Assembly (NCBI GenBank): GCA_038327555.1
Contig: JBBQLD010000001.1
Span: 5,786 to 69,785, forward strand
Source of the DNA: Chitinophagales bacterium
GTDB taxonomy: Bacteria > Bacteroidota > Bacteroidia > Chitinophagales > Saprospiraceae
Direction of reading: 5' to 3'
DNA length: 64,000 bases
How positions within the stretch are numbered: position 1 is the stretch's first letter; each line of letters opens with the position of its first letter. Made by a program: the position numbers and the translations under genes. A model generated the notes under the pieces. The model saw only the letters and a program-made list of their open reading frames with translations. It did not search any database and had not been told where the DNA came from. Of the stretch, positions 9,365 to 18,491 are shown piece by piece.

Positions 9365-10612
9365 CTACTTGCCACTTATTACCCCCAGCACCTTCCCTTT
9401 GAATTTTTGGCCAATAAAAGGCGTGTTACGAGACTTCGAGCGAATGTTTTTTTCTTCGAAAACCCATTCGGCATCAGGATCGAACACCGTCATTTCGGCA
9501 GGCTCACCTTGGCTGATTTTTGGAATGGACAAGCCCAGAATCCGACGTGGTGCCAGGCTCATTTTTTCAACTAAATCATTGACATTCAATTCCTTGTTCA
9601 AAAAAGTTCGGCATAATGCGAAGCTTGTTTCCAAACCAATCATCCCGAATTCGGCATAGGGAAACTCCAGATTTTTGGCCTCTTGGTGCCATGGCGTGTG
9701 ATTCGAACAAATGAAGTCAATAGTCCCGTCCAATAATCCCTCGACCAATGCTTCGGTGTCCGATTGGCTGCGAAGTGGGGGGACAATCTTCCAGTTGGAA
9801 TCAAACGCTGCAAGCTTTTCATCCGTAAAACAAAGATTTGCCACCGCTACAGAGGCGGTTACGGACAGGCCAGATTGTTTAGCTGCTCGAATGAGTGCAA
9901 CGCTCCTCGCTGTAGAAACCAAGTGGATATGAAGCCGTCCCTCGGAATATTCCAACAGACTTAGGTCGCGCTGTACCATAAGTTCTTCAGCCAATGCCGG
10001 AAGGCCTTTCAAACCTAGCGTGGTACTCATCACGCCTTCGTGCATTTGGCCTCCGGCAGCAATGGTTTTATGGTGTGGCACATTAATGACCAAGCCCTTG
10101 AAAGCCTGGGCATATTGCAGGGCCCGGAGCAAAAGTCCTGCATCCTGCACAGCACGTTTACCATCACTAAAGGCGATCGCGCCAGCTGCGTGCATATCAA
10201 AAAGTTCAGCCAAATCTTTGCCATCACAGTTTTGTGAGATCGCTCCGATCGGGTAACAATGCACCGGCAAACCTGTCGATTTGTTTTTCACATACAAAAC
10301 CTCTGACTTGGTATGAAGCGCTGGATCCGTATTTGGGAAGCAAGCTATTGCTGAAAAACCTCCAGCAATAGCGGCTAGCGCAGCTGAGGTCAAATCCTCA
10401 CGATGTTCAAAGCCCGGGTCAGCAGAGTATACTCCGACATCCAACCATCCTGGAGATACGCACAGATTGGAGGACTCCCATATTTCTACGCCTTTCGATG
10501 CGGCTATTCGGTCTCCAATTTCTTCAATATGGCCGTTTCGAATAAGCAGGTCTTTAGGCTGGCTTTCAGTATTGCCATCGAAAATGCGGGCGTTTTTTAA
10601 CAGTATTTGCAT
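9365..10612 (-). CDS. dihydroorotase-like amidohydrolase lacking metal ligands (probably non-catalytic)
   Basis: 415 aa, collinear with class I dihydroorotases (PGFEHREDL, AFSDGK, MHEG, STARSV). The HxH is replaced by GWLDVGVYSADPG, CHIST by HIHLVST, and DHAPH by SNHTPW. Confidence 0.75.
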   Translation of the reverse strand: MQILLKNARIFDGNTESQPKDLLIRNGHIEEIGDRIAASKGVEIWESSNLCVSPGWLDVGVYSADPGFEHREDLTSAALAAIAGGFSAIACFPNTDPALHTKSEVLYVKNKSTGLPVHCYPIGAISQNCDGKDLAELFDMHAAGAIAFSDGKRAVQDAGLLLRALQYAQAFKGLVINVPHHKTIAAGGQMHEGVMSTTLGLKGLPALAEELMVQRDLSLLEYSEGRLHIHLVSTARSVALIRAAKQSGLSVTASVAVANLCFTDEKLAAFDSNWKIVPPLRSQSDTEALVEGLLDGTIDFICSNHTPWHQEAKNLEFPYAEFGMIGLETSFALCRTFLNKELNVNDLVEKMSLAPRRILGLSIPKISQGEPAEMTVFDPDAEWVFEEKNIRSKSRNTPFIGQKFKGKVLGVISGK

Positions 10613-10633
10613 GGCGTTACATGGTAGCGGTGA

Positions 10634-13063
10634 TCAGTTTTTGGGCAGTTTATACCAATAATTATTCCGCATTACCCAACCTGATTCGCGGTGATACAAA
10701 TTGAAGTTTTTGTCTTTTATCAGGACTTCGTCGTACCAAAATGGCGCATTTGCATTCTTTTTATGTAGAAAAATGCCCATAGTTGATTGATCTTCCAACA
10801 CTTCAAAGCTTAGTACATACAAAGCCCAGCCATTCACAATGGTCTTAATTTCTGAACGCAGGGTTTCCTTTCTAAAAGAAATCTGATGCGCGTCGGCAAG
10901 GCTATTCTCCAAAAATTTAACCTCTTGAGTCATGCCCATATCCTCGTCTACCTTAGTCCAAATGCTAAAATCATACGTTCCTTTCGGCATAGGTTTTTTC
11001 CAAATCCAGGTAGTGTCCCCCAGATTTCCCTGGCCCGCGCCTTTGCCTTGAAAAATATGTTCACTGGTATTGTTCGAGTCAAAATGGAGACTTGCGTGCC
11101 ACAATGGCTTTATTTCGCTACGAAAGTCGTCGCCAGCATCGATGGTTGCCCGACGATCCTCTAAAGCAATGCTTTGCGCTGCCTGTTGCGACCATGCCCG
11201 AATGCTATCTGGCACTAATGCCATTATTTTGAGCTCTGAGTTCTGATAAACCGGAGTAGCCTTATCGATCAAGTGCCTGTATTTTTTTTGCATCTCGTCC
11301 CATTTACTCATTTCAATCATGAGTGCAATGGGGCGGTTATCTGGAAGTTCCGAAAGCAATACTGGCGGCTCACAGGCCAGGAGTGAAAACTGCATGGATT
11401 TAACCATTCTGCCGATTGCTAACCGGCTCATATTCACCCCCATATCGGGCACGCCCGTTTGTAAAGCCGTGTATTGCACCCTTTGAAATAGCGGATAATA
11501 AACTTCGAGCCAGATATTTTCCGACCCAACATGATAATATGGAAGCGGCATGAGGGCCTGGAAACGGCCAAAATCTACTTTGTTTAACCAATGGTCTGGC
11601 GAAGCAGCAACGACACTATGCTGTGCAAGACTAGGCATCAAAGGCAACAGCTTATGCTTTTGAAAATAATAGGCTTCCCAAGATAAAACGATCAATGGAA
11701 TTAGTGCAAGGCTCCATTTTGCAAAATTTGTGATGTGCTTAGCCATAAATTTCGACTTTGAGCTTACCCAGGCTATCCATTTCTCCTCCAATTGCATTCG
11801 CTGGCTTTTATTCCATATAATGTAGAACAACAAAACATTTATAGCGTAATAAAACGCCCAGGTAAATCTGGCAAGCCCCCTGAATTGCCGGATCGGGCCA
11901 AGGTAATCAACCATCCACTCCAACCCTTTTATAGAAAACGGGAATCCCAGACCAAAAATTAAAATTGCAAATGCAGCGAAACATACGCCGCGCAGATAGT
12001 TTTTGTGTACCCGATGATAGGCTGCATGCTCCCATTCAGGTTCAAACAGCCGAAAACGACGTTTGAAGATAAGCCAAAGTGTAAAGACAAAAGCCGCAAG
12101 CCCAACATAGGTTTCCGCCTCAAAATCAAGCCCCCTAATCTTCGTGAGGTGAAGACCGATCCACTGGTGCATTGGGAAAAAATCGTAGGGCAGAAAAACG
12201 CCTTCCCAGTGCCCTATGTAGTCTGTAAATCCATAAGGATATGCGGAACGATCGGGGCTGTAATCGGACCAGTGGATCCAAACATTCAACACGGCAAACG
12301 GCAACACGACCATCACGACGATATGACTCAACCGAGTCCAGATATTACGCACCGAAAAGTCTTGCAAAATTTGGAATAAGGTATAAAACCCCAAAAAAAT
12401 GGCCGTAACCCCCAGATAATAAAAGTGTAACTGTGATGAAAACCAGATCAATATTCCGATCAACAGACTTTGATAGCGTCTGCTCTGCCGTTCTTCATAC
12501 CGACAAAGTAAGAGCAACAACATAGGTAATACCCAAATGTGTGAAAGCCCAAAATGTCCATCGAATCGGTTGTATTGTGGAGAAAGAAATGTGATACCCA
12601 TTGCTACCACTCCTGCATACCAAACCGGTAAGTGTAGTTTTCGAAGCAATAGATAAATTACGCCTGCACCAAAAATGATGGAAATCACAAGCGACAGATG
12701 GATAATACCAATCACATTGTCTCGAACATCGAACACATTTCGGCTCCACCATTTAATGGCCGCACACAAGATTGGCTGATTGTCTGTAAAAAGAACATGG
12801 TCGCCAAAAGGGTAGTTCATTCCCCCAAAATGCACATAACTAGAATCTTGCTGTACGTGCCAGGCGGAGGTCATATAGTTTTTGAAACCATCCGAGCTTT
12901 TCGAAAACATGACCTCATTGGGGGCCTTGAGCCAAGTGCCATGCTTTGCCCAAATAAAAAGGGAGGCTACAGCCAAGACGACAACCAAGCCCCAAAACGT
13001 ATGGCCTCGCTTTGGAGAAGCAAGGTTGTGCAGGGTATGCTCTATCTGTTCTACTCCTTTCAT
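10634..13063 (-). CDS. large polytopic membrane protein (YfhO/GT-C-like) with C-terminal soluble domain
   Basis: 809 aa. More than 10 hydrophobic helices in the first ~470 aa, then a ~300-aa hydrophilic domain. Stop lies 21 bp upstream of the dihydroorotase-like gene start, same strand. The family call is tentative. Confidence 0.5.
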   Translation of the reverse strand: MKGVEQIEHTLHNLASPKRGHTFWGLVVVLAVASLFIWAKHGTWLKAPNEVMFSKSSDGFKNYMTSAWHVQQDSSYVHFGGMNYPFGDHVLFTDNQPILCAAIKWWSRNVFDVRDNVIGIIHLSLVISIIFGAGVIYLLLRKLHLPVWYAGVVAMGITFLSPQYNRFDGHFGLSHIWVLPMLLLLLCRYEERQSRRYQSLLIGILIWFSSQLHFYYLGVTAIFLGFYTLFQILQDFSVRNIWTRLSHIVVMVVLPFAVLNVWIHWSDYSPDRSAYPYGFTDYIGHWEGVFLPYDFFPMHQWIGLHLTKIRGLDFEAETYVGLAAFVFTLWLIFKRRFRLFEPEWEHAAYHRVHKNYLRGVCFAAFAILIFGLGFPFSIKGLEWMVDYLGPIRQFRGLARFTWAFYYAINVLLFYIIWNKSQRMQLEEKWIAWVSSKSKFMAKHITNFAKWSLALIPLIVLSWEAYYFQKHKLLPLMPSLAQHSVVAASPDHWLNKVDFGRFQALMPLPYYHVGSENIWLEVYYPLFQRVQYTALQTGVPDMGVNMSRLAIGRMVKSMQFSLLACEPPVLLSELPDNRPIALMIEMSKWDEMQKKYRHLIDKATPVYQNSELKIMALVPDSIRAWSQQAAQSIALEDRRATIDAGDDFRSEIKPLWHASLHFDSNNTSEHIFQGKGAGQGNLGDTTWIWKKPMPKGTYDFSIWTKVDEDMGMTQEVKFLENSLADAHQISFRKETLRSEIKTIVNGWALYVLSFEVLEDQSTMGIFLHKKNANAPFWYDEVLIKDKNFNLYHRESGWVMRNNYWYKLPKN

Positions 13064-13408
13064 ACGATACGGTGACTTTTAGGCACGTATTAACGGCAAA
13101 TTTGGCGGGCAAAAGTAGGCAATTCAATCGGGCCTTGAATTCGTTAGGAACTTGATCTGAATAAAACAATCGTTTTGACGGCCTTATTTCTGCTTTCTAT
13201 TCGTTGTTTGTCGGTTTTTTAACCCCGCTAAATGCCCTCCTTGCACCTTGAAAGTGACAAAATCGACACCTCAAAATTGCACCTTTATTCCAACTAAGTT
13301 CCTGTGGTGTTAAATTCTAAAATTTTATTACCAGAAATGCAATAAGCCACCCAAAGCAAGTGTTTTACACCAGAATTTTCAATTATTTACAAGCCAAAGT
13401 ACGGCAAA

Positions 13409-13654
13409 ATGCCTATGGAAGAAACCTACACATACGATGCACAATTGGTACAGTTTCTGTACCGAGAACTGTCGGCTGGCAAAGCAGTAGAAATGGCGCA
13501 CAGGATAGAGGAAGACTCTGTAGTAAGTTCCGATTTCAACACTCTGTTATTTGCAAAAGCACAACTTCCTAAAGTTCAGTTCAATCCTTCACCCTCTGTG
13601 CTGCACAACATTCTGCAATACAGCGCAAAAACGGCTCTGGAAGCACATTTTTAA
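13409..13654 (+). CDS. hypothetical small protein
   Basis: 81-aa ORF with an ATG start, followed by a good terminator hairpin at 13678-13714. No recognisable domain. Confidence 0.4.
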   Translation: MPMEETYTYDAQLVQFLYRELSAGKAVEMAHRIEEDSVVSSDFNTLLFAKAQLPKVQFNPSPSVLHNILQYSAKTALEAHF

Positions 13655-13677
13655 CGAATATTGCTTCCCTACTTAAA

Positions 13678-13714
13678 GCCCTCGCACCGAATTTTCAGTG
13701 CGGGGGCTTTTTTT
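13678..13714. terminator. hairpin terminator between convergent genes
   Basis: gccctcgcac ... gtgcgggggc stem followed by a run of seven T. Confidence 0.7.
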
Positions 13715-13749
13715 AAGACCGGGTGAACAATACCTTGTTGATTCCTACA

Positions 13750-14484
13750 TCAATAATCTACCCTTTCCAGAAATAACCCACTGGGGGGAGCTGTGAAACG
13801 TGCCGGTTCTCGGGAATTCGTTTTTAAAAAAGTCTCGACATCCAGTCCGGTCAAATTACCTCGGCCCACTTCTACCAGCACGCCCACCATTCGGCGCACC
13901 ATTTTCCAAAGAAAATGCGAGCCGGTGATGTGAAAGATAATTCTGTCTCCTTCTTCCCGGATTTCTACCCTGTCGAGATCAACTAATGTGCTGGTACCCT
14001 CTTTTTCTATCGCTCCAAAGGAACGAAAGTCGTGAAACCCTTCAAAACGGGCAGCTGCATCCCGCATTGCACTAAGATTGAGCGGGTCTCTCACCCACCA
14101 CACATATTTTTTTCCAAACGCATCGCGCCTTTTAGAGATCTGGTAGGTGTAGCTGCGACTACGGGCATCGTGCCTAGCGTGAAATTTTGGATGGGCCTTC
14201 TCTACATGCAGAATGTTAATCGCGTGCCCAAGTTCATCGTTCAGACTTATTTTAATCTGTTCTGGAGATAAGCGTGTATCCGCGACCTCCAAATGGGCTA
14301 CTTGCCCTCGTGCGTGCACCCCAGCATCCGTCCGGCCTGCGCCATAAACTTCTACTGGTTGATCTTCAAATATTTTAGCTGCTGCTTGTATGAGTTCTCC
14401 TTGAATGGAGCGCTCATTTTTTTGGAGTTGCCAACCAGAGTAGCGAGATCCGTCGTATTCGAGGGTGAGTTTGTATTTTGCCAT
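13750..14484 (-). CDS. truA: tRNA pseudouridine(38-40) synthase
   Basis: Internal ATG (complement 14482-14484) gives MAKYKLTLEYDGSRYSGWQLQ...GAGRTDAGVHA (catalytic Asp motif), typical of TruA. Confidence 0.9.
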   Translation of the reverse strand: MAKYKLTLEYDGSRYSGWQLQKNERSIQGELIQAAAKIFEDQPVEVYGAGRTDAGVHARGQVAHLEVADTRLSPEQIKISLNDELGHAINILHVEKAHPKFHARHDARSRSYTYQISKRRDAFGKKYVWWVRDPLNLSAMRDAAARFEGFHDFRSFGAIEKEGTSTLVDLDRVEIREEGDRIIFHITGSHFLWKMVRRMVGVLVEVGRGNLTGLDVETFLKTNSREPARFTAPPSGLFLERVDY

Positions 14485-14574
14485 TTTGTGTATGGAATGG
14501 GATAACTTATATAAAAAATCGAGGCACAAGGTTCAAAACCCTTGTGCCTCGATGTGCATCTATTCCTATTGTTT

Positions 14575-17460
14575 TTACTTTTTTAAGTAGTTTTCTTCAA
14601 AAAACTCTCGATAACGGTCGAGGGTCTTGTTCTTTAGTATCCGACGGTAGTTTTCCTGTGTCACAGCAAACATTTCTTTGTTGTAGGTTTTCTTGCCCGT
14701 TTCACCTAGGAATTCTTTTTGGGTTTTTACCTCTTTGTAATAACGCATTACTTGTTCTTTGGTATCGAACTTTCGAATGACTATGATTGGGGTATTCGTA
14801 TCTGTACCGAGAAAAATATTAGAAATTCGGAGCTGTTCTGACTTATGGTTTTCGCTGTTATAATCGGAAACAGCTGCCTTTACATCATCAAGGCGCACAT
14901 CTTCTCCGGTAAGTGCCACTATGAAATAGTGCAGTTTATCATCCTCGCGCGTGAACCCATCGTCAATTGGAGTTTCATTCTTTTTCTTTTCATCCACTTC
15001 AAAACCTTTGCAAGCCAGCAAGCGAGCTATCTCCTTGGCACGTGTAGCTTCCGGACTATCCGGGTATCGTTTGATTAGTTCGCCTAATGCCGCGCAATAA
15101 GCTTCATTCCCACTAAGGTTTCCTGTACAAAGTGCGCTAAGCAAGGCGAATTTTGCAGCAAGCTGATTTTGCGAGCCAAACTTTTTGGGGGCATCCTCAC
15201 ATCGATCAAAGGCTTCCTTATAGGCTCTTTTTTGGAAAAGAGAATAGGTCGCTTCGTAATATTTATTGAGTTCCCGCTCCCGCTCTTTGGTGGAGTTAAG
15301 GAAATTAGGATCCGTGAGTGTGCGTGCGTAAGCGCTTTTAGGATACTTTTCCACCAGTTTATCATAGTAAAATTGTGCGCGCTCAAGGTTGGTTAGATCC
15401 TTAAACGCCAAGTAGCAATAATACCAGGTTTCTTTTTCATAGCGGGCCGTGTCAGGATAACGGGTTTGCATCTCCTCAAGCGTACCCGTGCACCGTCTAT
15501 TATTTTGCAGACGGTCTCTGAAGAGCGTACCAAGCTGGTACATAGCTTCATAAGTGGCCACGTGAATCACAGCCAGTTCGGCCTCTGATTTTGGAATATT
15601 GGCGAATATATCCTTGAATTCAGCATCTGCTGCTGCATTTGTACGGCTGCTATCACTTCCGGTTGCCTCGTCGGCGCTCCCAGGAGCAATCCTATTACTT
15701 CGCCGCCAGTTATCATCGAGTTTTCGTTCGCCCCAATTCCGAGCAAAATCTTTCCGCCCTTTTTTCAGGAAAGTTTCATTGTAGAAATAGAAAGACGAGG
15801 GCTTACTTCCAGCAATAGGGGTGGGCGCTTTAGCTGGGCCTGTAGCTGCTGGTTGGCTCCCTGCACCAGCTTGAATTGCGGCGGCTTGTTCTGCTTCACG
15901 CTGTTTCTTGATCGTTTTGGCTAATTCTTTGCGCTCAGCGTCCGACATTCTGAAAACACGTACGATGCTATCGTTCGCTTCAATAGTCTGTATTAGGCGG
16001 GCAATATCTTTTAGATTATTGGCATAATCTGTTGCTCTTTTGAAACGTACATCTTCTGCTGGCAAAACGGTGAGTGTACTGTCGTAGTAAGCCTTTGCTT
16101 GTACAAACTGCTCTGCTTCAAAATATAGGTCTGCGAGTTTGATATAGGCTTCAGCGCGCTGTACCGTGTTGTTTTTGTTGAAAGCCAAGGATTTCCGCAA
16201 ATACTCAATCCCTTCTTTCTTTTTACCGTCGTGTAAAGCGATATCAGCCATTGCAAAATAAATCTGGTCGCGATATTCCAGATTTTTATCGTCATTAAGC
16301 ATTCGCTCATTGGCTTTCAGCGCTGTCTCGCTATTAATTTTACCATTTGCCCAACCCGCTGAAGTTTGTTGAAGACGGGCGTTAAATTCCATCTCATACT
16401 TCGGATTGTTGTTCAGTACTTTGTCATAAGCGTCGTAGGCTGCTTCGGGCTGCTCCGCCCGTTCGTACAGTTGAGCAAGGATGAAGGAAAGCCGGGCGCG
16501 TAGTTTTTTGCTGTCGGTCAGTTCTACAGCCTTTTCAAGCGGGCCAATGGCTTTATTATACTTTTTCTGTTTGATAAAGAGGTAGGCTTCTGCTGTTGCG
16601 AGTTCGTCTTGCTTTGCGATAGGAAAGTTGGGGTCTTCCCAAAGTTCGCGAAAAAGGAATTCGGCCTCATCGTATTTATCCCGCTCCGTGAGTGTCCGCC
16701 CATACCAAACCATGGAAGATGGAAAATCGTGGGTATGGCCCCATGGCTGGCTATATGGGTTTGGGCCCTTTACTTTGACTTCTTCACTGCCTTTAGGTGG
16801 GGTAGTCTTGCTGGGGTTTGGGCTGGATTTCGTGGTTATTTTACCTTTATCGCCCTTCTTTTTGGAACGCGCCTTTTTCTTCGCTTTGGCCTTTTTCTTC
16901 TTTTCGGCAGCCGCCTTTTTCTTTTTGGCAGCAGCTTCTTTTTTCCTTTTCGAAGCTTTTTTCTTCTTTTCTGCCACTTTTTGCTTCGACGATTTCCGTC
17001 CCTTTATTTTGGAAACCCTACGCGGGTCTTGTTCCTCTCGAATAAATTTATAGGTAGCCTCTGCGGTTTCATAGTCGCGCTTAAGAAATTGCGCTTTTCC
17101 CATTAGGCCATAATTATCATCTGTCCAGGTACCTGGGCGGTGAAGGGATATTCCTTTTGCGGATTTCAGGATAACATTATCCAGATCTGCGCGCACACCA
17201 CTTGGATCAGTAGCGGCATAAGGGTAGATCTCAAGAATTTGGTTGTAATTATCCTTATGTTGCTCTTCAAGTTTAATTGTGGTGAGCCGGAAGAGCTCAT
17301 CCGCATTGAACCAATAATTAAACTTATTGGTGAAAGAGTGGTAAGCCTTTTTGCTTTTGCTGGTCTCTTGCCCTTTCTTTTTAGTCGTTACACAGGCAGA
17401 AGAAGCTACTACGCATAGCAACACCACACCCATAAGGGCTATTTTCCAAATATTTTTCAT
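14575..17460 (-). CDS. TPR-repeat lipoprotein, possible T9SS component PorW/SprE
   Basis: 961 aa. Lipoprotein signal (VVASSAC), an N-terminal YHSFTNKFNYWFNA motif reminiscent of SprE/PorW, and many TPR-like repeats. Lies next to porU/porV. The family call is from memory only. Confidence 0.5.
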   Translation of the reverse strand: MKNIWKIALMGVVLLCVVASSACVTTKKKGQETSKSKKAYHSFTNKFNYWFNADELFRLTTIKLEEQHKDNYNQILEIYPYAATDPSGVRADLDNVILKSAKGISLHRPGTWTDDNYGLMGKAQFLKRDYETAEATYKFIREEQDPRRVSKIKGRKSSKQKVAEKKKKASKRKKEAAAKKKKAAAEKKKKAKAKKKARSKKKGDKGKITTKSSPNPSKTTPPKGSEEVKVKGPNPYSQPWGHTHDFPSSMVWYGRTLTERDKYDEAEFLFRELWEDPNFPIAKQDELATAEAYLFIKQKKYNKAIGPLEKAVELTDSKKLRARLSFILAQLYERAEQPEAAYDAYDKVLNNNPKYEMEFNARLQQTSAGWANGKINSETALKANERMLNDDKNLEYRDQIYFAMADIALHDGKKKEGIEYLRKSLAFNKNNTVQRAEAYIKLADLYFEAEQFVQAKAYYDSTLTVLPAEDVRFKRATDYANNLKDIARLIQTIEANDSIVRVFRMSDAERKELAKTIKKQREAEQAAAIQAGAGSQPAATGPAKAPTPIAGSKPSSFYFYNETFLKKGRKDFARNWGERKLDDNWRRSNRIAPGSADEATGSDSSRTNAAADAEFKDIFANIPKSEAELAVIHVATYEAMYQLGTLFRDRLQNNRRCTGTLEEMQTRYPDTARYEKETWYYCYLAFKDLTNLERAQFYYDKLVEKYPKSAYARTLTDPNFLNSTKERERELNKYYEATYSLFQKRAYKEAFDRCEDAPKKFGSQNQLAAKFALLSALCTGNLSGNEAYCAALGELIKRYPDSPEATRAKEIARLLACKGFEVDEKKKNETPIDDGFTREDDKLHYFIVALTGEDVRLDDVKAAVSDYNSENHKSEQLRISNIFLGTDTNTPIIVIRKFDTKEQVMRYYKEVKTQKEFLGETGKKTYNKEMFAVTQENYRRILKNKTLDRYREFFEENYLKK

Positions 17461-17474
17461 GTCAATAATCTTTA

Positions 17475-17510
17475 GGAACGGGTAAATAATAACTTTTTAT
17501 TTACCGTTCC
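17475..17510. repeat. palindromic element of the TTAGGAACGGGYAAATAA family
   Basis: ggaacgggtaaataa-taacttt-ttatttaccgttcc. Related copies at 28129-28167, 35288-35301 (half) and 58493-58518 (half). Confidence 0.8.
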
Positions 17511-17649
17511 TGAAAAGCAGGTTGGATTCAAAAATGCAAGGTCTTACCTCGCACCCTGAAAATTCAGGATGGGAAAAGGCGCGAATTAAGGTAATCTGGT
17601 TGCCTATATGCGCACAAATTTTGCAAAAGTTTTCCTTTTTGGGACTAGC

Positions 17650-18435
17650 CTACTCTCCATAAACGGTCGTCGCTTTCTGTTCTAATGTTGACATGGGGAA
17701 AATATCCGTTAACCGAGCTTCCATTTTGAATGATCCGCTTCCGTAGGTCTTTTTATAATAAACGAGCCCGAGCCCCTTCGCGTACCATTCCTCCCCAAGC
17801 CCCTCCACCTCCGCAGCACCTTCTTTTTCATTTCCAATGGTCTCCCGAAGCGAAAATTTAATGCATGGATATTTTTTTCCATCAAATTCAAAATCAGGGG
17901 CGTTGCCTAGAAACCGCCGGTTTCTAACCACATAAATAGTTGCTTTAGGATCATCCGGCGGATGAAATTGAAGTTTAAATAAAAACACACCCGATGAGTC
18001 CTTAACCGCAAACGGAAATTTATTTGGCGCATCAATGATAGTCGTAGTGTGAATTTGTCCTCCTTCTGTTTCTGGGTTGGGATCAGCCTCATACAAATGA
18101 CTTTCTTTGGCCAAAGCACCACTTTTTGTAATTTTTTCTCGAACAATTTGCCCAATCTGAAAACGGTGATCGTAGTATGTTCCGACTAAAAAAAGCCCAC
18201 TATCGCGCACAAAAGTGCGATAATACCAGTATTCAGGCATTACTGAGTCGTTTTGCGACACTACATATTCGTAAACTTTTCCGCCCCGTAGATCTTTTAC
18301 AGGGAAGTAGTATTCGCTAATGTCGCGCTTGCCCCCACTGCCACAGGCAAAAAGGAAAAAAGACAAGAACGGAAGGGATAGAAAAAGTAAAGCTCGCACG
18401 GCAGAAATTTTAGCACAAAGAAAGCGAATTTGCAT
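17650..18435 (-). CDS. hypothetical lipoprotein divergent from porU
   Basis: Internal ATG (complement 18433-18435) gives MQIRFLCAKISAVRALLFLSLPFLSFFLFAC (lipobox). About 261 aa, no recognisable domain. Confidence 0.55.
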   Translation of the reverse strand: MQIRFLCAKISAVRALLFLSLPFLSFFLFACGSGGKRDISEYYFPVKDLRGGKVYEYVVSQNDSVMPEYWYYRTFVRDSGLFLVGTYYDHRFQIGQIVREKITKSGALAKESHLYEADPNPETEGGQIHTTTIIDAPNKFPFAVKDSSGVFLFKLQFHPPDDPKATIYVVRNRRFLGNAPDFEFDGKKYPCIKFSLRETIGNEKEGAAEVEGLGEEWYAKGLGLVYYKKTYGSGSFKMEARLTDIFPMSTLEQKATTVYGE

Positions 18436-18491
18436 AGGCAACCCGCTTGCCCAGCTTTGCGCCATTTCACCGCACTTGTAATTTTTGAATT

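Noticed and set aside
16609-17106. Phe/Leu-rich ORFs of 165, 141 and 75 aa on the plus strand.
   Set aside because: They are the reverse complement of the poly-Lys (AAA/AAG) segment of the TPR lipoprotein gene, so they are a compositional artefact.
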